A DNA stretch of 64,000 nucleotides from an uncultured Eubacteriales bacterium (lineage in GTDB: Bacteria > Bacillota > Clostridia > Lachnospirales > Lachnospiraceae): positions 2,721 to 66,720 of the forward strand of contig OMVN01000008.1 of NCBI GenBank assembly GCA_900314525.1. The letters are read 5' to 3'. Numbering within the stretch: the stretch's first letter is position 1; every line of letters begins with the position of its first letter. The notes under the pieces were generated by a model. That model had not been told where the DNA came from and did no database searches. It saw only the letters and a program-made list of their open reading frames with translations. This document shows, piece after piece, positions 29,684 through 40,054 of the stretch. The translations under genes and the position numbers were made by a program.

Positions 29684-31213
29684 ATGGTCTGTAAAACTCT
29701 GGCAGCTATAGATGTGGGGTCATATGAGCTGCAATTGAAGATATTTGAGGTGTCACAAAAAAAAGGTATAGTAATGGTTAACCATGTCAGAAAGGTAATA
29801 GAGCTTGGAAGGGATACTTATGTCTATGGGAGAGTTGATTTCAGACATATTGATATGCTGTGCGAGACACTTTTTGACTTTACAAGAATAATGAGGGAGT
29901 ACAGGGTAGATGATTATATAGCATATGCTACTAGCTCCATAAGAGAAGCAGAAAACAGGGAAATTATTATAGACAGAATAAAGGTAAAAACTGGACTGGA
30001 TGTGTCAGTAATTAGCAACTCCCAGCAGAGATTTCTTGTTTATAAGGCACTGGCAGTTAAACAGGAAGTCTCTAAGGTTGCAAATGAGGGTACAGCCATT
30101 GTCGATGTAGGCGCTGGAAGTCTGCAGATTTCCCTTTTTAATGAAGGAGTGTTAATAACTACACAGAACATTAAACTTGGATCACTCAGAATAAGGGAAC
30201 TTCTTTATAAATTAAGTGACGACAGACAGCATTTCAATCTGCTTATTGACGAACTTATCAACAATGATATAGCCACATTCAAAAAGATGTATTTAAAAGA
30301 TATAGTCATAAAAAATATAATTGCAATTGGTGATTATGTGGACTATTTTGCATATAAAAATGGAAAATTTATAGACTATATGACAAGAGAGCAGTTTAAC
30401 ATAAGATTTGATGCACTACTTGGAAAAGATGCATATAAGCTTTCTAAAAAGATGGATATTACTGAAGAGGAAGCACTTCTTATGATGCCATGCATAAAGG
30501 TATATAAGCATGTGTTAGATGAAACAGATGCAGAGAATATCTGGTTTCCAAGGGTTGATCTGTGTGATGGAATAGCAGCAGAATATGTTGTGGAAAATAA
30601 AATTATCAAAATAAATCATGACTTTGACCGTGATATTATAAATGCGGCAAAAGTAATTTCTAAAAAGTACAAAGCAAATATCACTCACATTAATACTCTT
30701 GAGGGAAATGTGCTTATGATATTTGATGCGATGAAAAAAATTCACGGACTGTCCGACAGAGAGAGAACGTTGATACAAATCTGTGCCATTCTTCATGACT
30801 GTGGAAAGTTTATTACCATTAGTCATCCAGGGGAGGCTTCATATAATATTATCATGTCAACCGAAATAATAGGATTATCTCACAAAGAAAGAGAAATAGT
30901 AGCTAATGTAGTGAAATTTAATACAGTAGACTACTTTGATGAGAGAGTAAATATTCACCACGGAAATCAGAAAGACTATCTTTTAGTTGCCAAATTAGTG
31001 GCGATTCTCAGAGTTGCAAATGCTATGGACAGAAGTCATTTGCAGAAATTTAAGAATTCAAAAGCAGTAATAAAAGACGATAATACATTGGTCATTACTA
31101 CATATTGCAGGGAGGATATTACTTTAGAGAGAGGTCTGTTTAACAGTAAAGCAGATTTTTTTGAAGAGGTATATGGAATAAAGCCAGTATTGAGGCAGAA
31201 AAAGGAGGTTTAG
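29684..31213 (+). CDS. ppx: Exopolyphosphatase Ppx/GppA with C-terminal HD domain
   Basis: AIDVGS, ATSSIREA, DVGAGS, DLCDG and LHDCG; adjacent to ppk. Confidence 0.88.
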   Translation: MVCKTLAAIDVGSYELQLKIFEVSQKKGIVMVNHVRKVIELGRDTYVYGRVDFRHIDMLCETLFDFTRIMREYRVDDYIAYATSSIREAENREIIIDRIKVKTGLDVSVISNSQQRFLVYKALAVKQEVSKVANEGTAIVDVGAGSLQISLFNEGVLITTQNIKLGSLRIRELLYKLSDDRQHFNLLIDELINNDIATFKKMYLKDIVIKNIIAIGDYVDYFAYKNGKFIDYMTREQFNIRFDALLGKDAYKLSKKMDITEEEALLMMPCIKVYKHVLDETDAENIWFPRVDLCDGIAAEYVVENKIIKINHDFDRDIINAAKVISKKYKANITHINTLEGNVLMIFDAMKKIHGLSDRERTLIQICAILHDCGKFITISHPGEASYNIIMSTEIIGLSHKEREIVANVVKFNTVDYFDERVNIHHGNQKDYLLVAKLVAILRVANAMDRSHLQKFKNSKAVIKDDNTLVITTYCREDITLERGLFNSKADFFEEVYGIKPVLRQKKEV

Positions 31214-31216
31214 TCT

Positions 31217-33319
31217 ATGGATGAAAAAATTGATTATTTAAATACCAATTACTATGTAAACAGAGAGCTTAGCTGGCTTATGTTTAATGAGAGAATATTA
31301 CTAGAGGCAAAGGATAAGACAAACAAGTTGTTTGAAAGACTTAAATTCTTAAGTATTACTGCCTCAAATCTTGATGAGTTTTTTATGGTAAGAGTAGCTT
31401 CTCTCCAGGATATGGTTGATGCAAAATATACTAAACCTGATCTAGCTGGAATGAAACCAAAGGAACAGCTCCATGCAATTATAGAGAAAACACATGAATT
31501 TATGAATAGACAGTATTCTGCCTATACAAGATCATTGTTGCCTCTGCTTAATGCAGAAAATATAAGGATTTGCCAGAAACATGAGAAACTGACAAAAGAG
31601 CAGATGAAATTTGTTGACGAATATTTTGACGAGACAATTTATCCAGTGCTTACACCTATGGCAGTAGATCAGTCTAGGCCTTTTCCACTCATAAGAAATA
31701 AATCCCTAAATATCTGTGTTCTTCTAAAGAACAAAGAGGGTGAAAATTTTGCAACGGTACAGGTTCCAGATGTACTTGGCAGAGTTGTGAAAATACCTTC
31801 TGCCGAGGGAAGAAGTTATATACTTTTAGAGCAGATAATAGAGAGAAATATATATAAACTTTTCAGTAGTCACGAGGTAATCGGGGCATATCCTTACAGA
31901 ATAACCAGAAATGCGGACCTTTCAATAGATGAAGAGGAGGCTGCAGATCTTTTAGAGGAAATTCAGAAACAGATAAAAAAGAGAAAATGGGGATCTGTTA
32001 TCAGGCTTGAAATAGAGGAAAAGGCTGATAAAAAAGTGATAAAATTCCTGAAAGAAGAATTAAATGTTGAACAGCAGAGCATATATAACATTAATGGTCC
32101 AATTGATCTGACATTTCTTATGAAAATGTATGGAATGGATGATTTCAGAGAATACAGGGATGAACCATATATTCCTGCCCATTATGCAGTCTCCAATGAT
32201 GAAGACATTTTTACTCAGATTAGCAGAAAAGATATTCTGCTCCACCACCCATATGAATCATTTGATCCTGTCGTGGATTTTATAAGACAGGCTGCAACAG
32301 ACAAAGATGTGCTGGCAATCAAGCAGACATTATACAGAGTAAGTGGAAATTCCCCAATAATTGCGTCATTATCAAAAGCAGCAGAAAATGGAAAGCAGGT
32401 AACAGTTCTTGTAGAATTGAAAGCAAGATTTGATGAGGAAAATAATATTGCATGGGCTAAGAAATTGGAGAAATCAGGATGCCATGTAATATATGGGCTG
32501 GTTGGATTAAAAACTCACAGTAAAATAACACTTGTAGTCAGGAGAGAGGAAGAGGGAATAAAAAGGTATATACATCTGGGTACCGGAAATTACAATGATG
32601 CAACTGCAAAACTTTATACAGATCTAGGATTACTTACATGTAACCAGGCCATTGGAGAAGATGCGACTGCGGTATTTAACATGATTTCTGGTTATAGTGA
32701 GCCAAAACAGTGGAATAAACTGGCAGTTGCCCCATATTGGCTTAGAAAAAGATTTCTTTACCTGATAAAACGTGAGATTAAATATGCAGAGGAAGGAAAA
32801 GAGGCATTTATTAAGGCTAAGATGAATTCCCTCTGTGACAGAGAAATAATTGCAGCTTTATATGAGGCATCTAATTCGGGTGTCAAAATTGATCTTGTAG
32901 TCAGAGGAATATGCTGTCTGAAGACGGGGATAAAGGGAATAAGTGATAATATTACTGTCAGATCAATTGTCGGTACATTCTTAGAGCATAGCAGAATCTT
33001 TTATTTTGCAAACGGCGGAAACACTGAAGTGTATATGGCATCAGCAGACTGGATGCCTAGAAATCTCGACAGACGAGTAGAAATAATGTTTCCGGTAGAA
33101 GATAAGGATGCCAAGGAGAGGGTAATAGATATTTTGGAAATACAGCTTGCAGATACATTGAAAGCCCATATATTGAATGGGGATGTATATGAACCAGTGG
33201 ACAAAAGAGGCAAGAAAATACTAGGATCACAGGCATATTTCTGTCAGGAAGCAAAGAAGAAAGAAAATATAAATAAAAATGAAAATGAAAAAATATTCAT
33301 ACCAAGGGAGCGATTATAA
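31217..33319 (+). CDS. ppk1: Polyphosphate kinase 1
   Basis: NRELSWL, NLDEFFMVRVA, HHPYESF, ELKARFDEENN, LKTHSK, LEHSRI and SADWMPRN. Confidence 0.96.
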   Translation: MDEKIDYLNTNYYVNRELSWLMFNERILLEAKDKTNKLFERLKFLSITASNLDEFFMVRVASLQDMVDAKYTKPDLAGMKPKEQLHAIIEKTHEFMNRQYSAYTRSLLPLLNAENIRICQKHEKLTKEQMKFVDEYFDETIYPVLTPMAVDQSRPFPLIRNKSLNICVLLKNKEGENFATVQVPDVLGRVVKIPSAEGRSYILLEQIIERNIYKLFSSHEVIGAYPYRITRNADLSIDEEEAADLLEEIQKQIKKRKWGSVIRLEIEEKADKKVIKFLKEELNVEQQSIYNINGPIDLTFLMKMYGMDDFREYRDEPYIPAHYAVSNDEDIFTQISRKDILLHHPYESFDPVVDFIRQAATDKDVLAIKQTLYRVSGNSPIIASLSKAAENGKQVTVLVELKARFDEENNIAWAKKLEKSGCHVIYGLVGLKTHSKITLVVRREEEGIKRYIHLGTGNYNDATAKLYTDLGLLTCNQAIGEDATAVFNMISGYSEPKQWNKLAVAPYWLRKRFLYLIKREIKYAEEGKEAFIKAKMNSLCDREIIAALYEASNSGVKIDLVVRGICCLKTGIKGISDNITVRSIVGTFLEHSRIFYFANGGNTEVYMASADWMPRNLDRRVEIMFPVEDKDAKERVIDILEIQLADTLKAHILNGDVYEPVDKRGKKILGSQAYFCQEAKKKENINKNENEKIFIPRERL

Positions 33320-33654
33320 TGAGCAAAGAAGTGTGCATTTTAATAGTTTCATTGCTTATGGTCGTTTACTCCATAGCAAAACTATTAGAAATGTATATTG
33401 ATAAAAGTTCTGTGGATTTTGAAGATATTGACAATTACAGGGCTTATAACAAAACGAAAATTTTTATATATTTGTGTGAGACCTGTAGTATGATACTGTT
33501 ACTAGTAGTACTTCTATACAGGAGACTTTCACTTGTAGGATTACCAGTGGAAAATTCATTCAGGATTGCCAGTGCGGCATTATATGGAGTATCAGCAGTA
33601 CTGGGTGCGATTAGTATCAGCAAACTATATAAAATGCTGAAAAAGCGCAAGTAA
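33319..33654 (+). CDS. Small hypothetical membrane protein
   Basis: Three hydrophobic segments; start overlaps the ppk stop codon. Confidence 0.6.
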   Translation: MSKEVCILIVSLLMVVYSIAKLLEMYIDKSSVDFEDIDNYRAYNKTKIFIYLCETCSMILLLVVLLYRRLSLVGLPVENSFRIASAALYGVSAVLGAISISKLYKMLKKRK

Positions 33655-33661
33655 AAACAAG

Positions 33662-33690
33662 TTGATTTTTGTTGTAAAACTAATTATAAT
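33662..33690 (+). promoter_or_regulatory. SigA promoter of the rel operon
   Basis: TTGATT-17 bp-TATAAT. Confidence 0.6.
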
Positions 33691-33746
33691 TATAATTTAT
33701 TAGAAAAGTTAGAGAATACTGTAATTATAAGGAAAGAGGCGAGATT

Positions 33747-36113
33747 ATGAGTGATAAGATAAATAATATAAAATCTGAAACAGACAATTCCACAAAAACT
33801 GTAACTGAGACTGTAAGTGGCAGTGTGGAAAGGGCGCCTCTCTGGACAGAAAATACAGATTATGTTGTAGACGGAAAGGTATTGAAGGAAAAGGAAGATT
33901 TTGAAGATCCAGATAAGTTATACAATACACTTATCAATTTGATCTATAAATATCATCCATCTACTGACATAAGTATGATAGAAAAGGCATATAGGATTGC
34001 ATATAATGCACACAAAGATCAAAAGAGAAAATCAGGTGAACCATATATTATTCATCCGGTTTCAGTTGCCATTATTCTTGCAGAATTAGAGTTAGATAAA
34101 GAGACAATTGTATCTGGCCTTTTACATGATGTTGTGGAAGATACAATTATGACCACAGAGGATATCACAGAACAGTTTGGAGAAGAAGTAGCACTTCTTG
34201 TTGATGGAGTTACAAAACTTACCAGACTCTCGTATGAGCAGGACAAGGTTGAGCTTCAGGCAGAAAATCTCAGGAAGATGTTTCTTGCAATGGCAAAAGA
34301 TATAAGAGTAATACTTATTAAACTTGCCGACAGACTTCATAATATGCGAACAATGCAGTATCAGACTCCTGCAAAACAGATAGAGAAGTCGAGAGAGACA
34401 ATGGAGATATATTCTCCAATCGCAAACAGGTTAGGTATTTCAAAGATTAAAATTGAACTTGATGATTTATCTATGAAATATTTAAAACCAGATGTTTACA
34501 CAGACCTCTATGAAAAGATAGAACAAAAGAAGGCACTTCGCCATGACTTCATCGAAGAAATCAAGAGTGAAGTGGGTAAAAAGATCAAAGAAGCAGGAAT
34601 TGATGCTAAGATAGATGGACGTATAAAACATATTTTCAGTGTATATAGAAAAATGCTGAATAAGAAGAAGACATTTGACCAGATATATGATTTGTTTGCA
34701 ATAAGAATTATGGTCAGATCAGTAAGGGAATGTTATGCATCTCTTGGAGTGATTCATGAAATGTATAAACCTATTCCTGGAAGATTTAAAGACTATATTG
34801 CAATGCCAAAGCAGAACATGTATCAGTCGCTGCACACAACACTTATTGGACCACAGGGAATACCTTTTGAAATACAGATAAGAACATTTGATATGCATAA
34901 GACTGCAGAATATGGTATCGCTGCACACTGGAAATATAAGGAAAATGCAGATGGAAAGAATTCAGCCGAAACAGAGGAGGCTAAATTAAGCTGGCTCAGA
35001 CAAATTCTTGAATGGCAGACAGATATGTCTGACAACAGAGAATTTATGACTATGTTAAAGAGTGACCTTGATTTGTATTCAGAGAGCATATTCTGTTTTA
35101 CACCACAGGGAGATGTTAAGAACCTTCCAAGAGGTTCAACACCAATTGACTTTGCATATTCTATTCACAGTGCTGTTGGTAACAAAATGGTAGGTGCCAG
35201 GGTTAACGGAAAAATGGTTCCTATAGATTATAAGATTCAGAACGGTGACAGAATTGAGGTAATCACATCACAGAATTCAAAAGGACCAAGCAGAGACTGG
35301 TTGAGTATTGTTAAGAGCACACAGGCTAAGAACAAGATTAATCAGTGGTTCAGGACTGAATTAAAAGATGATAACATTGCACGAGGTAAGGAACTTATTG
35401 AAAAATACTGCAAGTCTAAATCAATTGTTCTAAGTGATTTATTAAAGGCTGAGTTTACAGAGACTGTAATGAGAAAATATGGTTTCAGGGACTGGAATTC
35501 AGTTCTTGCAGCAGTGGGACATGGCGGATTAAAAGAAGGCCAGGTGATGAACCGTCTCATTGAAGAATACCAGAAGAAGCATGAAAAAGAAGTTACAGAT
35601 GAAGAAATATTAGAATCAGTTAAAGAGAATAAAGACAAACCGGTAGTATGCAAGACAAAAGGCGGTAACATTATTGTAAAGGGAATAGATGATGTTGCTG
35701 TCAGATTTGCAAGGTGCTGTAATCCGGTTCCAGGTGATGAGATAATTGGATATATCACAAGAGGAAGGGGTATTTCAATTCACAGAACTGACTGTCAGAA
35801 TATTCTAAGCATGGGAGAGGCAGACAGATTCAGACTTACTGAGGCAGAGTGGCAGAAACAGCCTGCAAACAAGGCAGAGAAATACATGGCTGAGATTAAT
35901 ATATACGCTCACAACAGAACAGGTATTTTAGCAGACTTGTCTAATATTACAACTGAGAGAGAAATTGACGTTACAAGTATGAATGTCAGAACTAACAAGC
36001 AGGGACTTGCCACTATTTCCATGACATTTGAGATTGGAAGTACTGAGGAATTGAATAAACTCATTGCTAAGATGAGAAGTGTTGAAAGTATAATTGATAT
36101 AGAAAGAAATTAA
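33747..36113 (+). CDS. relA: Bifunctional (p)ppGpp synthetase/hydrolase Rel
   Basis: RKSGEPYIIHP, LHDVVED, KLADRLHNMRT, synthetase YQSLHT and EIQIRT, then TGS and ACT domains. Confidence 0.96.
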   Translation: MSDKINNIKSETDNSTKTVTETVSGSVERAPLWTENTDYVVDGKVLKEKEDFEDPDKLYNTLINLIYKYHPSTDISMIEKAYRIAYNAHKDQKRKSGEPYIIHPVSVAIILAELELDKETIVSGLLHDVVEDTIMTTEDITEQFGEEVALLVDGVTKLTRLSYEQDKVELQAENLRKMFLAMAKDIRVILIKLADRLHNMRTMQYQTPAKQIEKSRETMEIYSPIANRLGISKIKIELDDLSMKYLKPDVYTDLYEKIEQKKALRHDFIEEIKSEVGKKIKEAGIDAKIDGRIKHIFSVYRKMLNKKKTFDQIYDLFAIRIMVRSVRECYASLGVIHEMYKPIPGRFKDYIAMPKQNMYQSLHTTLIGPQGIPFEIQIRTFDMHKTAEYGIAAHWKYKENADGKNSAETEEAKLSWLRQILEWQTDMSDNREFMTMLKSDLDLYSESIFCFTPQGDVKNLPRGSTPIDFAYSIHSAVGNKMVGARVNGKMVPIDYKIQNGDRIEVITSQNSKGPSRDWLSIVKSTQAKNKINQWFRTELKDDNIARGKELIEKYCKSKSIVLSDLLKAEFTETVMRKYGFRDWNSVLAAVGHGGLKEGQVMNRLIEEYQKKHEKEVTDEEILESVKENKDKPVVCKTKGGNIIVKGIDDVAVRFARCCNPVPGDEIIGYITRGRGISIHRTDCQNILSMGEADRFRLTEAEWQKQPANKAEKYMAEINIYAHNRTGILADLSNITTEREIDVTSMNVRTNKQGLATISMTFEIGSTEELNKLIAKMRSVESIIDIERN

Positions 36114-36115
36114 TT

Positions 36116-36742
36116 ATGGATATTTGTATAAAAAAAATTATTGTCGGACCTGTCAGAACAAACTGTTATGTTGTGTACAGAAAAGAAAACAAAAATGCAG
36201 TTATAGTAGATCCAGGAGATGATGCATTTGAGATAGAGAGATTAATAACAGTAAATAACCTTAAACCACAGGCTATTTTGCTCACTCATGGTCATTGTGA
36301 TCACATAATGGCAGTGTCATCGCTTAGAGACAGATATGGAATAAAGGTGTATATACATGAAGAGGAAAAAAAGATTCTTGATTCCTGGTATAATCTGTCA
36401 CAAATGATTGCTGGTGAAAAAGTGAGTTTAAAGGCAGATGTTTACTGCAAGGATAATCAGGTTATTAACTTAGGAGATATGTCATTTAAACTTATATATA
36501 CTCCGGGACATACGATTGGTAGCTGCTGTTATTATATGGAAGATGATAAAGTGTTATTCAGCGGAGACACATTATTTTATCACTCTCACGGAAGAACAGA
36601 TTTTCCAACAGGAAGTCAGAGTTCTATTATTAGATCAATTACAGAAAAACTCTTAAAACTTCCTGATGATGTTACTGTATATCCGGGACACGAGGAGGAA
36701 ACTACTATAGGTAGTGAAAAGACAATTTATGATATTTATTAG
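36116..36742 (+). CDS. MBL-fold metallo-hydrolase
   Basis: THGHCDH, TPGHT, SGDTLF and PGH. Confidence 0.9.
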   Translation: MDICIKKIIVGPVRTNCYVVYRKENKNAVIVDPGDDAFEIERLITVNNLKPQAILLTHGHCDHIMAVSSLRDRYGIKVYIHEEEKKILDSWYNLSQMIAGEKVSLKADVYCKDNQVINLGDMSFKLIYTPGHTIGSCCYYMEDDKVLFSGDTLFYHSHGRTDFPTGSQSSIIRSITEKLLKLPDDVTVYPGHEEETTIGSEKTIYDIY

Positions 36743-38195
36743 ATTTAACAGGCAGTTTGATTTTGAGTACGATATTCAGGGAATAATTAGATCATTTTAT
36801 CCTGGGATGGAATTAAAGAGCCAGACTGAAGGGGAAAAAGAGGATGGGTACGATTTTCTTCTGGAATGTGATTTTGATGATACTGATATGAAACTGTCAT
36901 TCTATGATAAAGAGAAATTAATTGATTCGGAGTCATTTAAACGTATATACACAGATTCTTTATATGACAGAAAAGAAACAAAGAATGAACTAAAGAGAAA
37001 ACTTTATAAGATATTATCAGGATTTACTGGCAGTGAACTTCCATGGGGAACACTTTCAGGCATACGCCCAACCAAGATAACCTCAAAATTAGTTGAAGAT
37101 GGACTTGATGATGATAAGATATCTGAAATTATGAAGAATGAATATTTCTTGTCTGATAAAAAGACAGAGACAAGTATAGATATTTCTAAGAGAGAGCATA
37201 AGATTCTTGATAAAGTGGATTATAAAAATGGATATAGCCTCTATATTGGAATTCCGTTTTGTCCAAGTACATGCCTATATTGTTCATTTACATCAAATCC
37301 GATTGGAGTTTTTAAAAAGCGAATTGACGATTACATAGATGCTCTGATTAAAGAAATTGAGTTTTGCAGTGAAGCATACAAAGACAGGAAACTTTGCAGC
37401 ATATATATTGGAGGGGGAACACCTACATCACTTTCAGCAGAACAATTAGACAGACTGCTTTGTAATATAAGCAGATTATATGATACAAAAAGTGTGTATG
37501 AGTTTACGGTGGAAGCAGGCAGACCTGACAGCATCACAATGGATAAATTAAAGGCAATAAAGAAGTATGATGTTACCAGAATTTCCATTAATCCACAGAC
37601 TATGAAAGATGATACACTTAAACTTATTGGAAGAAATCATAATACAGAAGAGTTTTTAAGTGCATATAATATGGCAAGAGAATGTGGATTTGATAACATA
37701 AATATGGATTTTATTTTAGGACTCCCAAATGAAACGATTGATGATGTGAAATATAACATGAAATATGTTGAAAAATTAAAACCAAATAGCCTCACAATTC
37801 ATTCTCTAGCTGTGAAAAGGGCTGCAAGATTAAATCTTGAACAGAGAATGGGAAAAAAATATGAAATAACAAATACCAGCGAAATGATGGATGTAACTGA
37901 GGAGACAGCAAAGAAATTAGGCCTTCATCCATATTATCTTTACAGGCAGAAAAATATGGCAGGGAATCTTGAAAATGTTGGTTATGCTTCAGAGGGAAAA
38001 GAAGGTATATACAACATTCTGATAATGGAAGAGAAGCAGACAATACTTGCATGTGGAGCAGGCGGATCTTCAAAAATGGTATCAGCTGATCTAAACAGAA
38101 TAGACAGAATTGAAAACGTTAAGGATGTTAATATGTATATTGATAATATTGATGATATGATAGACAGAAAGAGAAGATACATCTATGGGAAATAG
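36714..38195 (+). CDS. hemZ: Radical SAM coproporphyrinogen dehydrogenase-like protein HemZ
   Basis: PWGTLSGIRP, CPSTCLYC (CxxxCxxC), GGGTPT and YYLYRQKN; usual position before hisS. Confidence 0.85.
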   Translation: MKRQFMIFIRFNRQFDFEYDIQGIIRSFYPGMELKSQTEGEKEDGYDFLLECDFDDTDMKLSFYDKEKLIDSESFKRIYTDSLYDRKETKNELKRKLYKILSGFTGSELPWGTLSGIRPTKITSKLVEDGLDDDKISEIMKNEYFLSDKKTETSIDISKREHKILDKVDYKNGYSLYIGIPFCPSTCLYCSFTSNPIGVFKKRIDDYIDALIKEIEFCSEAYKDRKLCSIYIGGGTPTSLSAEQLDRLLCNISRLYDTKSVYEFTVEAGRPDSITMDKLKAIKKYDVTRISINPQTMKDDTLKLIGRNHNTEEFLSAYNMARECGFDNINMDFILGLPNETIDDVKYNMKYVEKLKPNSLTIHSLAVKRAARLNLEQRMGKKYEITNTSEMMDVTEETAKKLGLHPYYLYRQKNMAGNLENVGYASEGKEGIYNILIMEEKQTILACGAGGSSKMVSADLNRIDRIENVKDVNMYIDNIDDMIDRKRRYIYGK

Positions 38196-38793
38196 TACAG
38201 ATAAAATTAATATGTATGACATGGGTATCAGACCATATAAAGCAGAAGAACTGCTTATGCATGGGATTTTTGTCAGCAATCTAGCCTACAGAATATCGAG
38301 AGAAATGGGAATGAATGATGAGTTCTGTGAAAAGATTGCAATGGCCGGGGTGCTTCATGATATTGGAAAACTGAGAATATACCGATATATCTATGGTGAA
38401 AATAATGAAGATCAGATGGAAATAGAAAAAAACAGATATATAAGGATGCATTCTCAGATTGGATATGATATACTTTCAACGAAAGATTTTGATAAAGATA
38501 TATTAGAAGCAATACTTTATCATCATGAGAACTATGACGGTTCAGGATACCCCAGCAATCTGTCAGGGGAAGATATACCTATTTCCGCAAGAATACTCAG
38601 GGTATGTGATGTATTTGCGGCACTGACATCAGACAGACCGTACAGGGATGCATTTGATGAAGAAATCGCAATAGAATTAATGATAGATGAAGTAAAGAAT
38701 TTTGATATGAAGATTTTTTTGACTTTTTTAAGTGTCATTCATTCTGTAACTATGAATGAACTGATGGGAGAAAAGAAAGGAAAGGAAGAATAA
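38185..38793 (+). CDS. Stand-alone HD-GYP domain protein
   Basis: [25 protein letters not shown] and RPYR. Confidence 0.88.
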   Translation: MGNSTDKINMYDMGIRPYKAEELLMHGIFVSNLAYRISREMGMNDEFCEKIAMAGVLHDIGKLRIYRYIYGENNEDQMEIEKNRYIRMHSQIGYDILSTKDFDKDILEAILYHHENYDGSGYPSNLSGEDIPISARILRVCDVFAALTSDRPYRDAFDEEIAIELMIDEVKNFDMKIFLTFLSVIHSVTMNELMGEKKGKEE

Positions 38794-38794
38794 G

Positions 38795-40051
38795 ATGATT
38801 ACACAGGCACCAAGAGGAACACAGGACTGGTATGGGGACACTATGCATAATCGTACTGTCATCGAAAAGATATGCAGAGATGAAGCAGAAAAATATAATA
38901 TTAAAGAGATTATCACACCTGTTTTTGAACACACTGTTCTTTTTCAGAGAGGTGTAGGAGAGACAACTGATGTAGTACAGAAAGAAATGTACACATTTAA
39001 TGACAGAGGAGATAGAAGCATTACATTAAAACCTGAAGGTACAGCAGGTGCAATAAGAGCATATCTTGAGCACAACATGTATGCTGATCCAGCTCCAAAG
39101 AAACTTTTCTATGTTACACCAGCATTTAGATATGAAAAACCACAGAGTGGAAGATTAAGACAACATCACCAGTTTGGAGTAGAAATAGTAGGTTCTAAGA
39201 GTCCGATGGTAGAGGTAGAGCTTATTTCGCTTATTTCCACAATAATCAAAAAATTAGGACTTAAAGATGCAAAACTTCACATCAACAGTATTGGATGTGC
39301 AAACTGCAGAAAGACATATAATGAAGCACTTCTCAAGTATTTAAGTTCACATGAAGATGAACTTTGTGAGACATGTAGGGAAAGAATGAACAAAAATCCT
39401 TTAAGAATTCTCGATTGTAAAGTAGATGCAGATAAAGATGTAATCAAAAATGCACCAAGAACAATTGAATATCTTGATGATGAGTGTAGAGAACATTTCG
39501 AAGAATTGAAGAGTATTTTAACAGAACTTGGTATTCCATTTGAAGTGGATACAGGAATTGTTAGAGGACTTGACTATTATACAAAGACAGTATTCGAGTT
39601 TGTTAATTCAGAAGGATTCACTCTTTGTGGAGGCGGAAGATATGACGGACTTGTACATGAGATAGATGAAAAACAGGATATTCCTTCAGCTGGATTTGGT
39701 ATGGGACTTGAGAGAATCCTATATTTTCTTGACAAGGAAGGTGTCGAATTAGAACCAGAAAAACCAGTATCATTATATGTGGGAATTCTTGGTAAAGAAG
39801 CTAAAGCCAAGGCATACAGCATAGTAAAGAATTTAAGAGACAGCGGTGTTGTAGTTGAAACTGACTACATGGACAGAAGTGTAAAAGCACAGATGAAATA
39901 TGCAAATAAAATAAATGCAGCCTATACAGTTATCATTGGAGAAAATGAGATTAACGATGGCGAGGCAAATGTAAAAAATATGGAGACCGGAGAACAGGTT
40001 AAACTTAGTTTAGACAAAATTGTTGATTATATAAACGGAAAGGAAGAGTAG
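38795..40051 (+). CDS. hisS: Histidyl-tRNA synthetase
   Basis: [34 protein letters not shown] and GGGRYD. Confidence 0.96.
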   Translation: MITQAPRGTQDWYGDTMHNRTVIEKICRDEAEKYNIKEIITPVFEHTVLFQRGVGETTDVVQKEMYTFNDRGDRSITLKPEGTAGAIRAYLEHNMYADPAPKKLFYVTPAFRYEKPQSGRLRQHHQFGVEIVGSKSPMVEVELISLISTIIKKLGLKDAKLHINSIGCANCRKTYNEALLKYLSSHEDELCETCRERMNKNPLRILDCKVDADKDVIKNAPRTIEYLDDECREHFEELKSILTELGIPFEVDTGIVRGLDYYTKTVFEFVNSEGFTLCGGGRYDGLVHEIDEKQDIPSAGFGMGLERILYFLDKEGVELEPEKPVSLYVGILGKEAKAKAYSIVKNLRDSGVVVETDYMDRSVKAQMKYANKINAAYTVIIGENEINDGEANVKNMETGEQVKLSLDKIVDYINGKEE

Positions 40052-40054
40052 GAA

